In this document: piece by piece, positions 1-13,300 of the stretch
How positions within the stretch are numbered: the stretch's first letter is position 1
Layout: each line of letters starts with the position of its first letter
Assembly (NCBI GenBank): GCA_030704615.1
Contig: CM060733.1
Location: 1,364,001 to 1,428,000 of the forward strand
DNA length: 64,000 bases
DNA from: Takakia lepidozioides
Lineage: Eukaryota; Plantae; Bryophyta
Direction of reading: 5' to 3'
Translations under genes and position numbers: made by a program
The notes under the pieces: generated by a model
The model's input: the letters and a program-made list of their open reading frames with translations, nothing else
The model's database searches: none
Told to the model about the DNA's origin: nothing

Positions 1-479
1 AATGATCCTTTGGCCCAGGGATAAAGATTCTACCCGGGGATGTGAGCATGCCCAGGGTTAGATTTCAAACAAATATTCTCTTACCCCGGGCTAGCGCCGT
101 ACCTGGGTCTAGATGATGAAAGTTTCATCCATCCCCATATTTTACAACAGTATTTTTTATGTATTTTGTATACGTACTTGTTTGTAACGGGCAGGCACGT
201 CCAGCCAAACAAAGGTGTCATTTTGTTTCACTGATTAAGAGACTCAAGATTTTGGCCAACTGGACTCGAATTGGTGGCAAAGCTTACAGTATTCCTCCTG
301 TGTATCTCCTAGATGCCACTGTAACCATGGCAGCGAGTGACACGACAGGTTGCACATGGTCATGTGGGAATGCACCGAAATATAAACGTCTTCAAGTTGT
401 CAGACTCCTCAGCTGACTGGTAATTCTGGTTAGATGCCTCTTTAAATGACCTCCGTAGGCTCATAATGATCGTCCATTT

Positions 480-3180
480 GTCAGCCCATCATAATCGAAA
501 GTCCCTCTCCAAGTTTGCTCTAAGCTTGGGGTCGACACATTTGCTCAAATCATGAGATGTTGGTACTTGTCCAAGAAGGAGACTTACAATCGCGTAGGAG
601 AAGGGTCGGGACACCTCAAACTTGTACAATGCTATCTTGAAAATCAGATGGCCTAGCATGCGTGCCTGTGCAACGCAAGTAAAACAAATAATATTAGCAT
701 TCAAATAACACATCTGGTGAGTGGTAGAATATAAAAGCTCAAGGTAGCAGCTGGCTGCAAGTATAGTGAACATGGAGATTTACCCTATCCAACTGAATAT
801 CGGGTCGGACAATTTCAGTGTCGAGTTTTACATGTAGAATTATCTTTTGGAGGTTGTTTGGATACTCGAAAATTGCATTGTAGTTCTGCAACACATAATA
901 AATTTCAGTTAACTTTGTAGGTATCTTTGGCTTTCTTTAGCTGAGTGTTGATCAAATTTGATTAGCTATAGGTTCAGATTCTTACAAATGTGATTGACCA
1001 GAACTGTTTTCATGCGTTAGTCAACCGCGTCAAAGGTATTGCTTTCAGCAATATATTGTCGCTTGAGTGGATGAAGTCCACCTTGGGCTTGTAGGAAGCT
1101 TGTTTGGAGACCACATATGAGCACCATTACTCTGTAAAAGCGGCAAGCTCTTTCCCTTGGTGCACCTGAATACACGTTATTTAGAATATGTTGCATAATA
1201 TGCAAGAGCTTCCTCTCCTAGTGGCATTGCAATCAGACCCTCTGTTTCTCAGTCCTAGGCATGCATAAAAACAACCATGTATACCTGAATATGAGTGTTT
1301 AGGATTGGTGAGGAGTCTAGGTAGGAGTTATAGGCTTTGAAGACTATGTGGAAAAGATAGAAGCGTTGATAGTCCAACAATGTTGAGACAATGCTTCATC
1401 AACTTTGACTCTTGCTTCCAACAAAAGCAACTCATCCTCCTCACCCTGCTTATGGGCTTGACGACACATTAGCTCCAATTGACTTTTCGAAAAAGATGTG
1501 TCTAGGTAGGAGTTGTAGGCTTTGAAGACTATGTGGAAAAGATAGAAGCGTTGATAGTCCAACAATGTTGAGACAATGCTTCATCAACTTTGACTCTTGC
1601 TTCCAACAAAAGCAACTCATCCTCCTCGGCCAGCTTATGGGCTTGACGACACATAAGTTCCAATTGACTTTTCGAAAAAGATGTGAAGGTAGACAATTGT
1701 AGCACCGCATCCCCACCATAGCATTCAAGAATATCCCGAACTACTTCCAATCGATGACAATTATGTGATTGCGCAATACATGCCTCAAACTTATCCCATT
1801 GTCGCCAAAACGACATTGCAACTGGTCATCTCGAAGCTCGAGGCAAACATCCCTCAGCTACTGGTCTAAACTGGTGTCTGATGTCACATCATGCTCAAAA
1901 TGCCTTGAAGGCCAACCAAAAAGATTTTGACCATTTCTTCTCGTAAGGATTCCGGTGCGTTTGCAAGGTGCTATCCATTACTTGCCGTTGCTCCAGGGCT
2001 ACAATATAAGCCTTATGTGCATTCAACCATGTTTCTGACAAGTCGTTTAGTTGGACATCCTCGGAGTTGTCCAAACGTGTAAGTTGTTGTGTCCCTACTA
2101 TTGATGCGCTTGCTGGAACAGTAATTGCTGATGCTGATGTTGTGTACCTGTTGTTGTCATCGTTGGAGTTGTCCGAGGTCGAGGACGCCCTCGCAGAAGA
2201 CCTTCATCAGGCAAAGGGTTTGAAATAGTTAGATGCATTTGACATGGAGGCCCAGTCGAAGAAGACTTGCAGAAAACTCAGCTCGGGCTACGATTGGAGT
2301 ACCTGTACGGGTAGCTAGGTGATTAGTACTCTTTGCATTTTATTTTATTTTTGCATCTAGCAAGCACAACTAGTAGTATAGTCATCATCAAAATAGTGCA
2401 GTGTGCTGAAATTAAGTAGTGACGTACGTAGTCAATAAATAAAGTGTACTCATCATCACTATCGTCATCTTGATCATGTTGTGCTGCCATGGGACTGTAT
2501 AGAGTGTTGCAATAGGTAGTAATGACAGCCCTCGGTAGTGTGGTGGGATCCGGAAGGTACACCACAAAGGCGTTGCTTGCCAATGACCCAAATAAAGATA
2601 TTGTTGTCCAAGTATATGGTAATAGTTGGAAGCTTCTACCAACTTTTGTACCTCTAGCTTTCTTTGTCCGTTTGTAGAATAAGTCTGAAACGGGCCTGAA
2701 CAGAACTGCAATGATTGAACTCTGGTAATGCTGCAAAAGCTTGGGCAATCTCGTACTCTACTGTGTGATGTGAAACTGGTTGAGGGTAGATAAAACCACC
2801 CCAGGGTGGTGTATGGGGCAACGTCACCAGCACATTAGGAGGCCAGCTAGCCACCACATGGATGGTCTTTCCATCATTACAAGTCTAGTGGATACTCTGG
2901 AGCATTGTGTAAATTGTTCTTGTGATGTTCCTTTGTGCGTTAATGGCCCTCCCGCGGGCTGCTTATTCACTGAGGGAGAAGGATGAGCTGCAATGCTGGT
3001 CAACATGGTCTTGAGTACATGTGTATGACATGCCTCGTCTGCCCGATGCCCCAAACCGAGGCGGGAAGGCAAAGGCTCGCCCTCGGCCTTGGAGTCCCAG
3101 GGAAGACATTCACCATAGCACTTGAAGCACGATTGTTTGGCAAATGTCTTTCCCCCAACCAATCATCCTCGTCTGACATT
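480..3180 (-). pseudogene. Decayed spliced gene with HECT E3-ligase-like motifs (possibly TE cargo)
   Basis: Minus-strand peptides GEEALA (~1200-1218), GAPRERACRF (~1135-1165) and LGHLIFKIAL..FSYAIVSLLLGQVPTSHDLSKCVDPKL (~510-660) resemble the HECT N-lobe consensus (GEEG.D.GG.RE; LG.AI...F...LLG...DL..VDP.L). Many stops and GT-AG intron remnants. The upstream portion is unidentified. Confidence 0.4.
1316..1685. repeat. 185-bp tandem duplication
   Basis: TCTAGGTAGGAGTT(A/G)TAGGCTTTGAAGAC... starts at 1316 and 1501; near-identical copies giving duplicated peptides in ORFs 1344..1565 and 1529..1816. Confidence 0.9.
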
Positions 3181-4199
3181 GAATTGTTTTTCTACAAGCA
3201 AACAAAGGTACTAGTGTCAGAGGTTTCTTTGAAGAAACTATTAGGATCTTTACATCACAAATTGTCGGCTAGATTCTCCCCTCAACATACATAACAAGGA
3301 TTAGTGCTGGAATGTTGTTTTATATTAGATGGAACTGCATTAATACTAAGGCATGCACACATTCTAATATTGTTTAGAAACAATTCCATAAGCTATCACA
3401 CGATCTATGTATGTAATGATAAGTGCATGTCAATATAGGTTTGATTCCTCCAATTTGTGTCAACACCTTGTTTGATTTGGACAAGCTCTCACAAGCAGAT
3501 GGATCAAAAGGTAAAATGATAATAATTACCACCATCAGTGGTTTAGGTCATTGCTGATTCATTATGTTAGATCTGTTGCTGCCAAGTTTGACATTTATGA
3601 AACATTACTGCAATCAACTAGTCAATTGGAGAAAATTCATTCTAAAGCTTGCTGCAACATTCTTTCAAAGCTGAGTAAGAAAATTGACCTCGACGAATGG
3701 AACATCAAGAAACCATGGGAACTTTGGGAACAACCATAGGGGACAAGCAAAGAAATTCCACTTCTTCGAACCAGAGGGAAGAAATGGCGAGTTCTGCTTA
3801 TTCGAAGACAAGATGAGCAATACATTCTCAGACGGTTTAATGAGGTATTTCAGCTTCTCTACTTGTCTGATTCAATTGTTTTAGGGTGGTTGAAGAATTC
3901 AGCTTTGTTATGTGAATCTGTGTTTATTGAAGAGTTTTGTTTGTTGCTTGATTTTCCAAAACATAGTGAGCGAGGAGATGTGGCCACAACCCCATGAATA
4001 AGAGAGCAATTGCCCCCGAATAGTGCGAGGCAGTAACCATGACCCTACATCACCTGTAATTCGCAATTGCTACATTCGTTACCTTGTGTCTGTATTTTGT
4101 TTGTGTGTGTTAGTAATGTCGAGTGTGATTAGGAGATTGCTTCATGATCTTCAGCTAAACTGTTGTGTGTTGGGACCTCCCTATAGGAATAGGCAAGAG

Positions 4200-4990
4200 A
4201 GGCAAGATGGAGCCCACAGCCCAATTTGGGAGAGTATATAGCATGACTTGCTACGTGGAGAACATGTTGGTAGAGATGATGACTCTAAAGGACATTGTTG
4301 AGGCTCTTCGCATCAATGATGTAAGACAATTGAAGGGAATGATGACCAAGGCTCTGGGTGAACTATTTGGAGTGTTCCATAAATTTACGGTACAAGAATT
4401 GTGTGATAAGATCCAAGAGCTGTTGCGCCCAATAACCTGAAATGGAATCAATTGGGGAGTGCGGCAAGTGAGAGCAGCCTTGCGTGCACAAAATGTGAGG
4501 GTTTCTCGCCCCAAAGTTGCTGCAGCACTTCGGATCATTTCACCAGAGCAATATGAACGGCGACGCGGAGCTCGGACACTTGTGAGGCTCCGCAAGGACA
4601 ATCAGCAGGGAATGAACCATGATGGTTCACCCTCAGAGACTATACGCCAAACATCCCTGGCCAAAACTACATTCGCACCTCTGCCACCCAACCAAACGAA
4701 AGGTTGGTGCCTATTTGGCCGGCTCGATTTGGACCCAATACAATGTCATGATGCCAATGGCCTTATGGCATATTGACTGTAAGTGTTCAATTAGCAATTC
4801 TGACAATCGTGTTGAGAACAGTCAGAAAGATGCATAAATGGTATCCTCCCTCTATGATAGTGGATATAGTAAATTAAAGCTGTAATTTTGAATTTTGCTA
4901 GTGACATGATTCCTTGATTATCTTGCAACTTACAATAAATTGAGTATGTTTAGTATACGAGTGTACGCAAGCATCGACGGAGCTTCGCTA
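4200..4990 (+). mobile_element. Degenerate DDE integrase/transposase (IS3EU-like integrase-core family)
   Basis: G.RQVRAALRAQNVRVSRPKVAAALRIISP, then YNVMMPMALWHID | intron (gtaagt at 4779) | YNKLSMFSIRVYASIDGAS. This matches the Y.V..P..LWH.DG..KL......IDG.SR motif of eukaryotic integrase-core transposases. Stops, a frameshift and a mutated acceptor (ttgcaa). Confidence 0.6.
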
Positions 4991-5091
4991 CTATGGCTTG
5001 CAACAATAAAGCAGAAATCATATTTCAAGGTTACATAGTCTATGATGAATAGTTCAAGGTTACACAGTCTAACTTTCACAGTTTGATTCTG

Positions 5092-6603
5092 GACTAGCAA
5101 TGAGATACAACTACAGTCAAACCTAGATAATTGTTATGCTCCAAGAGTATAGACTCTATAACTATTAGGCGGTTACATCAAATAACAGTAAAATAGGTTG
5201 AAATTTCATAACGTAACAATTAAAAATTTAACATTAAAATAGGTCCTTCATATGCAAGATAACATTTAGAAAATTGAAATCGCCATTTGAATAGTTCAAA
5301 TGACCATTTCAATATTCAAATGGGTCATTTGGACTATTCAAATGGCCATTTCAATATTGAATTTGAATTTGAATATAGTACCATTTTATTTTTATTTTTA
5401 TTTTTATTTTTTAAAAACCATATCCGAGTTCATATTTCCAGGTTATTGACATTCAGATACCATTGCTCATATCATTCCGAACCACCTATGCATATTAGAT
5501 TCGTACTTGAAATTCAGGGGCTGCATTATTGGAAAACCTACCTTAAAAAAAAATAGCACTGCATACCAGAACCCTTCTAGTATTTCCAATTCAAGATACC
5601 CGACCAACACTGGTGTTAACCTTACTTATCTGAGTGTTAAGTGTGTGTGTGACCAACTTTAGGGGCTATTATTCATGGAGGTGATTTATTAGTGGCCAGA
5701 ATGGATTACTCCTTATCTGATCCAACTAGTTTAGAGGTGTATATTGAATGTAACAATTACAGAGGTGTTTTAATAAAGAGGAGAGTAGGTATTCAATAAC
5801 AAATAACAAATAACAAATAACTGCACTGAGACTAGCAATGAGATACAACTACACTCAAACCTAGATAATTGTTATGCTCCAAGAGTATAGACTCTATAAC
5901 AATTAGGCAGTTATATCAAATAACAGTAAAATAGGTTGAAATTTCATAACGTAACAGAAATTTAACATTAAAACAGGTTCTTCAGATGCAAGATAACATT
6001 TAGAGAATTGAAATGGCCATTTGGATAGTTCAAATGACCATTTTGAACAATATTCAAATCGGTCATTTGGACTATTCAAATGGCCATTTCAATATTGGAA
6101 TGGGTCATTTGGGCTATTCAAATGGTCATTTCAATATTGAATTTGAATTTGAATACTAGTACCATTTTTATTTTATTACTATTTAAAAAAAACAATATTC
6201 GAGTTCATATTTCTAGGTTATTGACATTCAGATACCATTGCTCATATTCGGATTGATTTGTTGAAAACCACCTATGCATATTAGATTCGTACTTGAAATT
6301 CAGGGGCTGCATTATTGGAAAACCTACCTGTCTTAAGTAAAAATAGCACTGCATACCAGGACCCTTCTAGTATTTCCAATTCAAGATACCCGACCAACAC
6401 TGGTGTTAACCTTACTTAACTGAGTGTTAAATGAGTGTGTCACCAACTTTAGGGGTTGTTATTCATGGAGGTGATTTAATAGTGGCCAGAATGGATTACT
6501 CCTTATCTGATCCAACTAGTTTAGAGGTGTATATTGACTGTAACAATTACAGAGGTGTTTTAACAAAGAGGAGAGTAGGGATCCAATAACAACTAACAAA
6601 TAA
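5092..6603. repeat. ~738-bp tandem duplication, AT-rich, with internal palindromic subrepeats
   Basis: GACTAGCAATGAGATACAACTACA... at 5092 and 5830, colinear to ~5815 and ~6603; internal AATGGCCATTTCAATATTG-type units. Confidence 0.9.
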
Positions 6604-9600
6604 TAACGCTATTTTTGTCATTCTTAGTGTATACTAGGGTAGCATGTGCCGTTGGCCCAAGTGTCCAGGGTCATCTAAGTCCAAGTGCAGTCCCCTATGT
6701 ATCTAAAGACCTTCATGTTTGGGAGATCTACGCCTAGGGTAGCCTATGCCATTGGCCCATGTGTAAAGAATTGAAATCTAAGCCCAAGTGCAATCCCCTA
6801 TATATCCACGTCTCCTATGTCAAGGCCCATGTGTGAAGAATTGAAATCTAAGCCCAAGTGCATCTCCTGTGTATCCAAGTGTTTCTCTCATGTAGAGGTC
6901 CAAGTGCAATCCCCCGTGCATCAAGAGACTCTACAGTTTGGGAGATCTCTTTGTCATTGTTCCAACAAAGCCCATTTTGCTATTTTTGCAATCTCCCTTG
7001 TCGAGGTTTCCTATATTAAAATATCCACTTTGCTATTTTTCGCAAATTTCCAGCGACCAAAAGTACTTGAAATTCGAAATCTCCCACATGAACGGCCAAT
7101 CACTACTCCAGGAAAGCCCACTTTGTATTTTTTTGGAATTTCCAACGGCCCAAAGTACTTGAAATTCCACATCTCCCACACCGCAGGTCCAAAAATCATG
7201 AGACCAAGCCCGTGCACCCCTCCTCGTCGAGGGCTTTCCAACGGTACCAAACACCAAGGCTGGCCCCCGCGGTTCGGGACATCTCAACGTGACAAAACAA
7301 ACAAAACAAACAAACCAATTGGCTTCCTGCATGTATTGATTTTTTTCAAAGTAAGAAAATCATAACATTTATGATGCCGACCGAAGTTAGCCTAAATACT
7401 TAGATTACTGTCTATAAAGGATAAAAGTCCAAGCTATTTCTAGCGTTAAGGTAATTGTAGACCCGAGTGAATGCGTAGTCCTTGCCTAAAGGCCGCATGG
7501 CTCAATAAAGGCTTAGATTGCGAGTGTACAACTCGGTGGCATACCATATGTGAAATAGCAAAAAGACCATCACTATAGGCCCAGATAATTTGCTCTGTAG
7601 TACTGTAAAATGTCAGTTTTGGGCATGGCCACTATCATAGGCGACCTAGGCTTGAACCGGGGTTTGGACTCCTCCCGGGCTTGGACCCTGCCACCTTCCT
7701 AATGCTATGGATAGTGGCCGGAACTCTTGAGAGTGTCATTGGGAACTATGGGAAATATTTTCTAAAAGAATTTACGGGCAACTGCCCAGAAATGGACAAG
7801 GCGAGATCTGATTTAGTCCTAATTTCGAGGGCCACGATTTTGCCTCTCTCATCTCTGTCTCTTGCCTTGCCCAAACTGTTGAAGCCCGCGTGCGTCGATC
7901 CGAGAGTGTGTTCAATCCCCTTGCCAAAAACAACAACCTTCCATGTGGAACGGGCATGCTTCTCATTAGGGTGAGGTTCTCCGTGCAAAGAGGATTTTAG
8001 CTGAAAAATTGAATTTTTTTTCCTTTGAAGCTAAATGAAGGTTTTTGTCTCTTTTGCAGCTGTTTGAATCCGAACTGTTTGCACGACATCGTTATTGCAG
8101 TTTTTACACCATCAATGCAGCTTTAGTTGTACAAGCGCTGATTGTGAGAATTGTTTAGTGATTTCCGTCATCGACCATATGCAGAAAAATGCGTTTACGA
8201 ATGGCGACTATGAGGTATATGACTGGATGGAGGGCACTCAGTTTTCATGTTTGTAGAGAGGTGTGACATGTTGGCGATGTTGCTCGCATAAGAGATTTGG
8301 CATGTAGCGCTGTAGGTCTCCCTCTTTGGTTATTAGTACTATTTAGTATATTGCTCTAATGTCATGGTAGACAACTGCTTGTTGATGTTGCGGTTCTCAC
8401 ATACTCTATGGTGGGGAGAGGCAAAGAAATGTACCAATGGTTTTTTGTCCAGAAGTTCAGGTGACATGAACGTCGAACAGATAGTAATTATGATAATGCA
8501 AGCTTTTCTCATTGGAACTTTGAGACCATAGATCTTGCATCAAATGTAGATTTGGGCCCCAGTTCCTTTTTCATAGTGCTACACAATAAAAACCTACTTG
8601 TGTTTGGCCCTTGGCTTGCTCTTTGCTTTGGCCAAGAGAACGGTGAAGACCAGAAGAGAGTAGGCGAAGCGTGTTGTTTGTAATGTGTATTTTATTTTGG
8701 AAGACCAAAATAAGGAGAGACAAATACTATTGAACCATCATATGCAAATCTTTGATATACACCCTTAAGAGTTAGTCCATGTTGTGTATCAGTGTGGTAT
8801 CAAAAACCATCATGCAAGTACTAACCATTTGTTAGTTGAGTATTGCAGATGCCGTTTCAATATAGAATCATTCCACCCTCGCAGCAAAGATAGATTTCAA
8901 TAAGCCTCAAAATGGGCGGTATGTTGTTACTGCAGATTGTGCTTTGCTGATATTGATGGAGGAGAAGATGCTAGTTGCACTCTTTTAGTCTTTTTTTTGC
9001 ACTCCCAACATCACTTTGATTTTTGCATTTATTCTAAGTGTCATTTATGTGTAGAAGGGCACCTAGTAGCTCTTAAGGTTGTTAAAATGGGCTAGCAGAA
9101 CGCTAAGTAATTGTCGGTGTAGCTTCAAGCTGCAAACTATAAGGGGTAGCTAGAGGGTGAAAGCCTAAAATAGAAAAAATATCATTCTTTGCTCTTTTCT
9201 AGAAGTTTGACAAACTGAAAAGTTGTGGCCATTCTTGTATCTATGATTACTCTTGTCAAATTTATTCTATTTCTTGGGAAAATTGCAACATATGGATCAA
9301 CAATGGAACCTAAAGCGTGTCACTGAGAGTCATGTAGCATCTCTAGTTGGCTCCTATAGGCTTCATCACTTAGAAACAGTCAAAACTTGTAGTCAATTCA
9401 GCCCTAAAATAGGTAGATCAGGAAGTATATTCTCCCTACCGTAGTGGGATAGCCGGTTAGGCACTTGCCTGCCTAATAATTATTTTTGGGGCCATTTGGC
9501 ATTTAGGCACTTTCGAGATTTTGTTTTTTAAAGTTAGGCATCTTGCACGTGTAATTTTTCAAATTAGGCAACTAAAAATAATGATCACAAAATGAAAACA

Positions 9601-9619
9601 CAAAAATATAAAAATACAG

Positions 9620-9770
9620 CTGCTGCCATGGATGAAAATTGAAAACTGAGTCCATGGATGACGTTTAAAGGAAAACTCAGCCGTTGCCATCAAAAACTGA
9701 GTCCAATGGATGACGCTTTAAATGAAAACTCAGCCGCTGCCATGGATGCAAATGGAAAACTGAGTGCTAT
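9620..9770. repeat. Short degenerate tandem repeat
   Basis: Repeated GCCATGGATG / GAAAACTGAGT / GAAAACTCAGCCG modules. Confidence 0.6.
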
Positions 9771-10387
9771 CGCCTGCTACACTCCTATTAACTACTGCTA
9801 CATAGAAAATTGCGGCCGCACTGACATTTTTAAAAATGTTTTAGCCATAACTGTAGTTATCTATCCTAAAAACTTCCTTCCTACTTCAGAGCGAATCTAG
9901 CACTACCCCCAGTGCTAAATCTAAACAGGCGCGCCGTTTTTGGGCAGCTGCCCGCGCCATTCTCTGCCATCGCCATTCCCATTCGCCATTGAAAGCCTCG
10001 AGTAATGTGCAGCATTGTGCTCCTGGCCCAAATGTGCTCCTGGCTCGTGATATTGTCTCGTCGTTGCTCCTTTGGCTATGGCGAAAAGGAAGGAGGCGCG
10101 AGAAAATGGCGAGAGGAAGTCGGGCAGGGGCAGGCGAACGCATGTTTAAAACTAACAATATGCACTTAAAACATGTTAAGCTAAAATGTTGGTGCGGCAG
10201 GGATATTGTTAGTTGGAGCAGCTGTTATGAAAACGGGCCTGCTAACCGTTAGCAGGTCTAACAGCCCGGTGCGGCGGGGGGCTAACAAGACTACCTGTAA
10301 ACCAGTTGTAGGTCTAACTATGAATGAGAAAGCGGTACATGGATGATAAATGGAGCCGACAGGCACTAAAATCAGCACTTGAGAGCA

Positions 10388-13300
10388 ATGACATTCTATC
10401 CAGGACAGAAAGTGGCGAAACCTGGCGAAACAGCAGGGCCGAAGAAACTGCAGGTCGCAAGTGTCTGTCGCTCTGCAACAGCTCGGAGTAGCTGCGAGGC
10501 TTGCGTGGTGGGACGTTCGTGTACTGCTGGGCGTAATCTTGTGTTGCATCTGTACTGGAGATTCTATGGAAGTTTCTTAATGTTTCTCATAGATCGTTGA
10601 AGGATTTTTCAGGATGCTGTAGGTTTCTTTTAGCAATTTCCCTTGGTGGCAGTGATCTGATCCGTCAGAAGGGAGAGAAGAGCGGGGTGTTCAAGACTGT
10701 TGTAATCCGTGTTTCTGCCTCCCATGCATATGATTGTTTGGGGAAAGCATGTCGCGGCTTCTGTAGAGCATGGCCCGCACTTTTCTAGAAGGACACAAGG
10801 AAGTCACTCATGCCTGCAGCCAGTGGACCCTGAAAGGCTCGCCATCCAGAGACTTCAGTCCTCATGCTGTGCGCAGACTCCATGGCGGAAGGAGCCCAGA
10901 GGATGTGAAATCGGACTTACGAGCAAGAGGCGCAATTTTGGGATCGGATGCCCAGTCTATACAAGGCGATGGCCGGTTGAACGGAAGTTCATTGTACCAC
11001 CCGATCATTTCAACAGAAGCTAATACTTTGGGTTCAGCCAGAGGAATAGAACTTTCTGCAGGGTTGAGCGTTACCCTGTGTGTACCTCAATTTCATGTTT
11101 CAATTTTATGCATGTGTAGTAAATGCCCACGCATATAGCTGCTGATAAAGAATCCTAATAAAATCAAGTCATGCAGTGGTCGATTGACATCTTCTTTTGT
11201 TTTTTGGTGTAGTGCCCGGGTGTTCTTATTGATCATAATAATTCAGTTTGGGTCGCTTGTTTGCTCAAGGTATCCTAGGGTTTGATAACTGGTGTCCTCA
11301 ACTGCCTGTATGCAGTTGCAGAGAGAATGACAGAAACAGTCCTGTGTCTTGTTCCAGGGTTTTGAAAGTGGTCAAGCCTTTGGAAATTACTGAAGCCAGA
11401 AAGGGAGCTTCTGATCAGAGTAATGAGGTTGGGGGCAGCAAAAGTCCGGAGGATTTGATTTGCTCCAGCGTGACCTCAAGATCAAGCCACCTTGAGCCCT
11501 TATTGGTGCGAGATGGCGTGGAGAAAGAAGCAAGCTCCCTGGAGCAAATGGTGACCAAAGTGCCTACAGATTGCAATGTTTCTGTGAAGGAGCTTAGTCA
11601 TTCTTCTGAAAAGCTTGGAACAGGCTCCTCTACTCTTGAACGTATGCAGCCTGAATTTAATATGGCTCCTCGAACCCACCGCAATTCCCCTCAGCATGAA
11701 GACAAAGGCTTAATGCTTGTGGAGGACTTTTACCTCTCTTGTGGTGATGAGTTCATTTCTCTAATGGAGCTACGAATTTCAGGTGGAGGAGTTTTAAGTA
11801 GGAGTTCACGCACAGGTGTAGTCTATCTTCGGGGTATAACAGATAACGGGCTTCGGGACGTTGCTTGTATAGTTAACCTCTGGAGATTGCAGTTCACAGC
11901 AGAGGGCAAGCCTAAGTTTTTGGTGCAGGAGGTGGCAGGTTCCTGGTATTCAGTTCTTTCCCTCTTGGGCTTCCTGCTATGGAATTAAGAAATTTTCTTT
12001 TTCTCGTTATCCCAGATTGACTTATTACAATGAATCATGGAGTGACAACATCTTTACATGACATCATTAGAGTTTTACTTGAAGTTTTGGTTTTTTGACC
12101 AGCAAAATCTTAAATGATCATTGTGCTCTAGGGCACTAGTGTGTGTACAATCACACACCCCTCCATCCCCTCTTAATCTCATGCACCTAAAAATTAACTC
12201 TAAGGAAGGCCCTACCATTCTGATTTGTCAAGGAGACTGCAAACTTTTGGTTCAATTATGTTTTGGGCGCATTACGCACTGAGTGTGTATGCATAGTATG
12301 CTTAGTGTCATTTGTTACTTAAAAAGTCTAGCTGCGCAAATTCATTTTTCAGTTTGTGCAGGATGGAGCTCCAGAATTGTCATGTTACTTACTTAAGTTT
12401 CATGAGGACTGTCAAAGTCGCTGCTCATTTTCTTGCCTTCACAAAGCAGCAACCAACTGGTTCCAAAGAAGCTGCCTGGCGTTATGTGTGCAGAGAGTGT
12501 AGGTAAGTTAACTATCAACCAGCGGCAGGAGTCACAATGTAGAATCCCCCAAGATCATTGCTCACTTACACCTAAGCTTGATTTCACTGTGTTGGCGTGC
12601 ATTTTGAATGGTGTGTTGATAAATTAGTCTCTTACCTGCTAATGTTGGTTGATGGTGCTGAGCAGGTCACATCCCATCTGCTGTTATGCTGACTATTTGC
12701 ATTGGTGTGAAATGGGGTACTTTAATCTGCATCCCTGCTGTGGTTCTCATTTGAAAAATGATGTCTTCGCTTCTGATCAACAGCTCCTTTGAAGCCAAGC
12801 CAAACCAAGATGATTTGTCTCAAGCTTTTCCTCTTATCCAGGCCATTGTGAGCAGCGACCAAAAGTTGGAAATAGCTCCTGTGAGTACAGGATCAACTCT
12901 TGCTAATTATTCTTCCTGTTTTTGTGGCTGAAGTATTATTGAGATCATTGTTCCTTGTCAAAAGGGTCAATTTATGTGTCAGCAAACTATTGCTGCTTGC
13001 ACTTGCACAACAGTTATGCAGGCTACATGGAATGTTCTTGCATGTGTTCTGGACTATTCATTTTCTCTAACCGTTTTCCCCCTGCTGAGGGCAGGTTTGC
13101 ATAGGAAGATGTACCTACTTGATTTTCTCCAGTTTGATAAATTTGTTTGCTGCTCTTTGTTTTCAGTACTTACGTACAGGGGGTTGGGTGGTCTCGTTCT
13201 TCCCAAGAAAAGAAGCAAATTTCGAACAAGATTCCAGGATTATGGTCCTTTGATAAATTTCAGGGTCACGCCCTTCGATTTTGTGGAGGGTAGTGAGGGA

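Noticed and set aside
6817-7365. 182-aa ORF as a gene
   Set aside because: Lies across short repeats and has no recognisable domain.
7900-9100. Spliced gene remnant
   Set aside because: Splice-like signals are present but I could not build a coherent or recognisable peptide.
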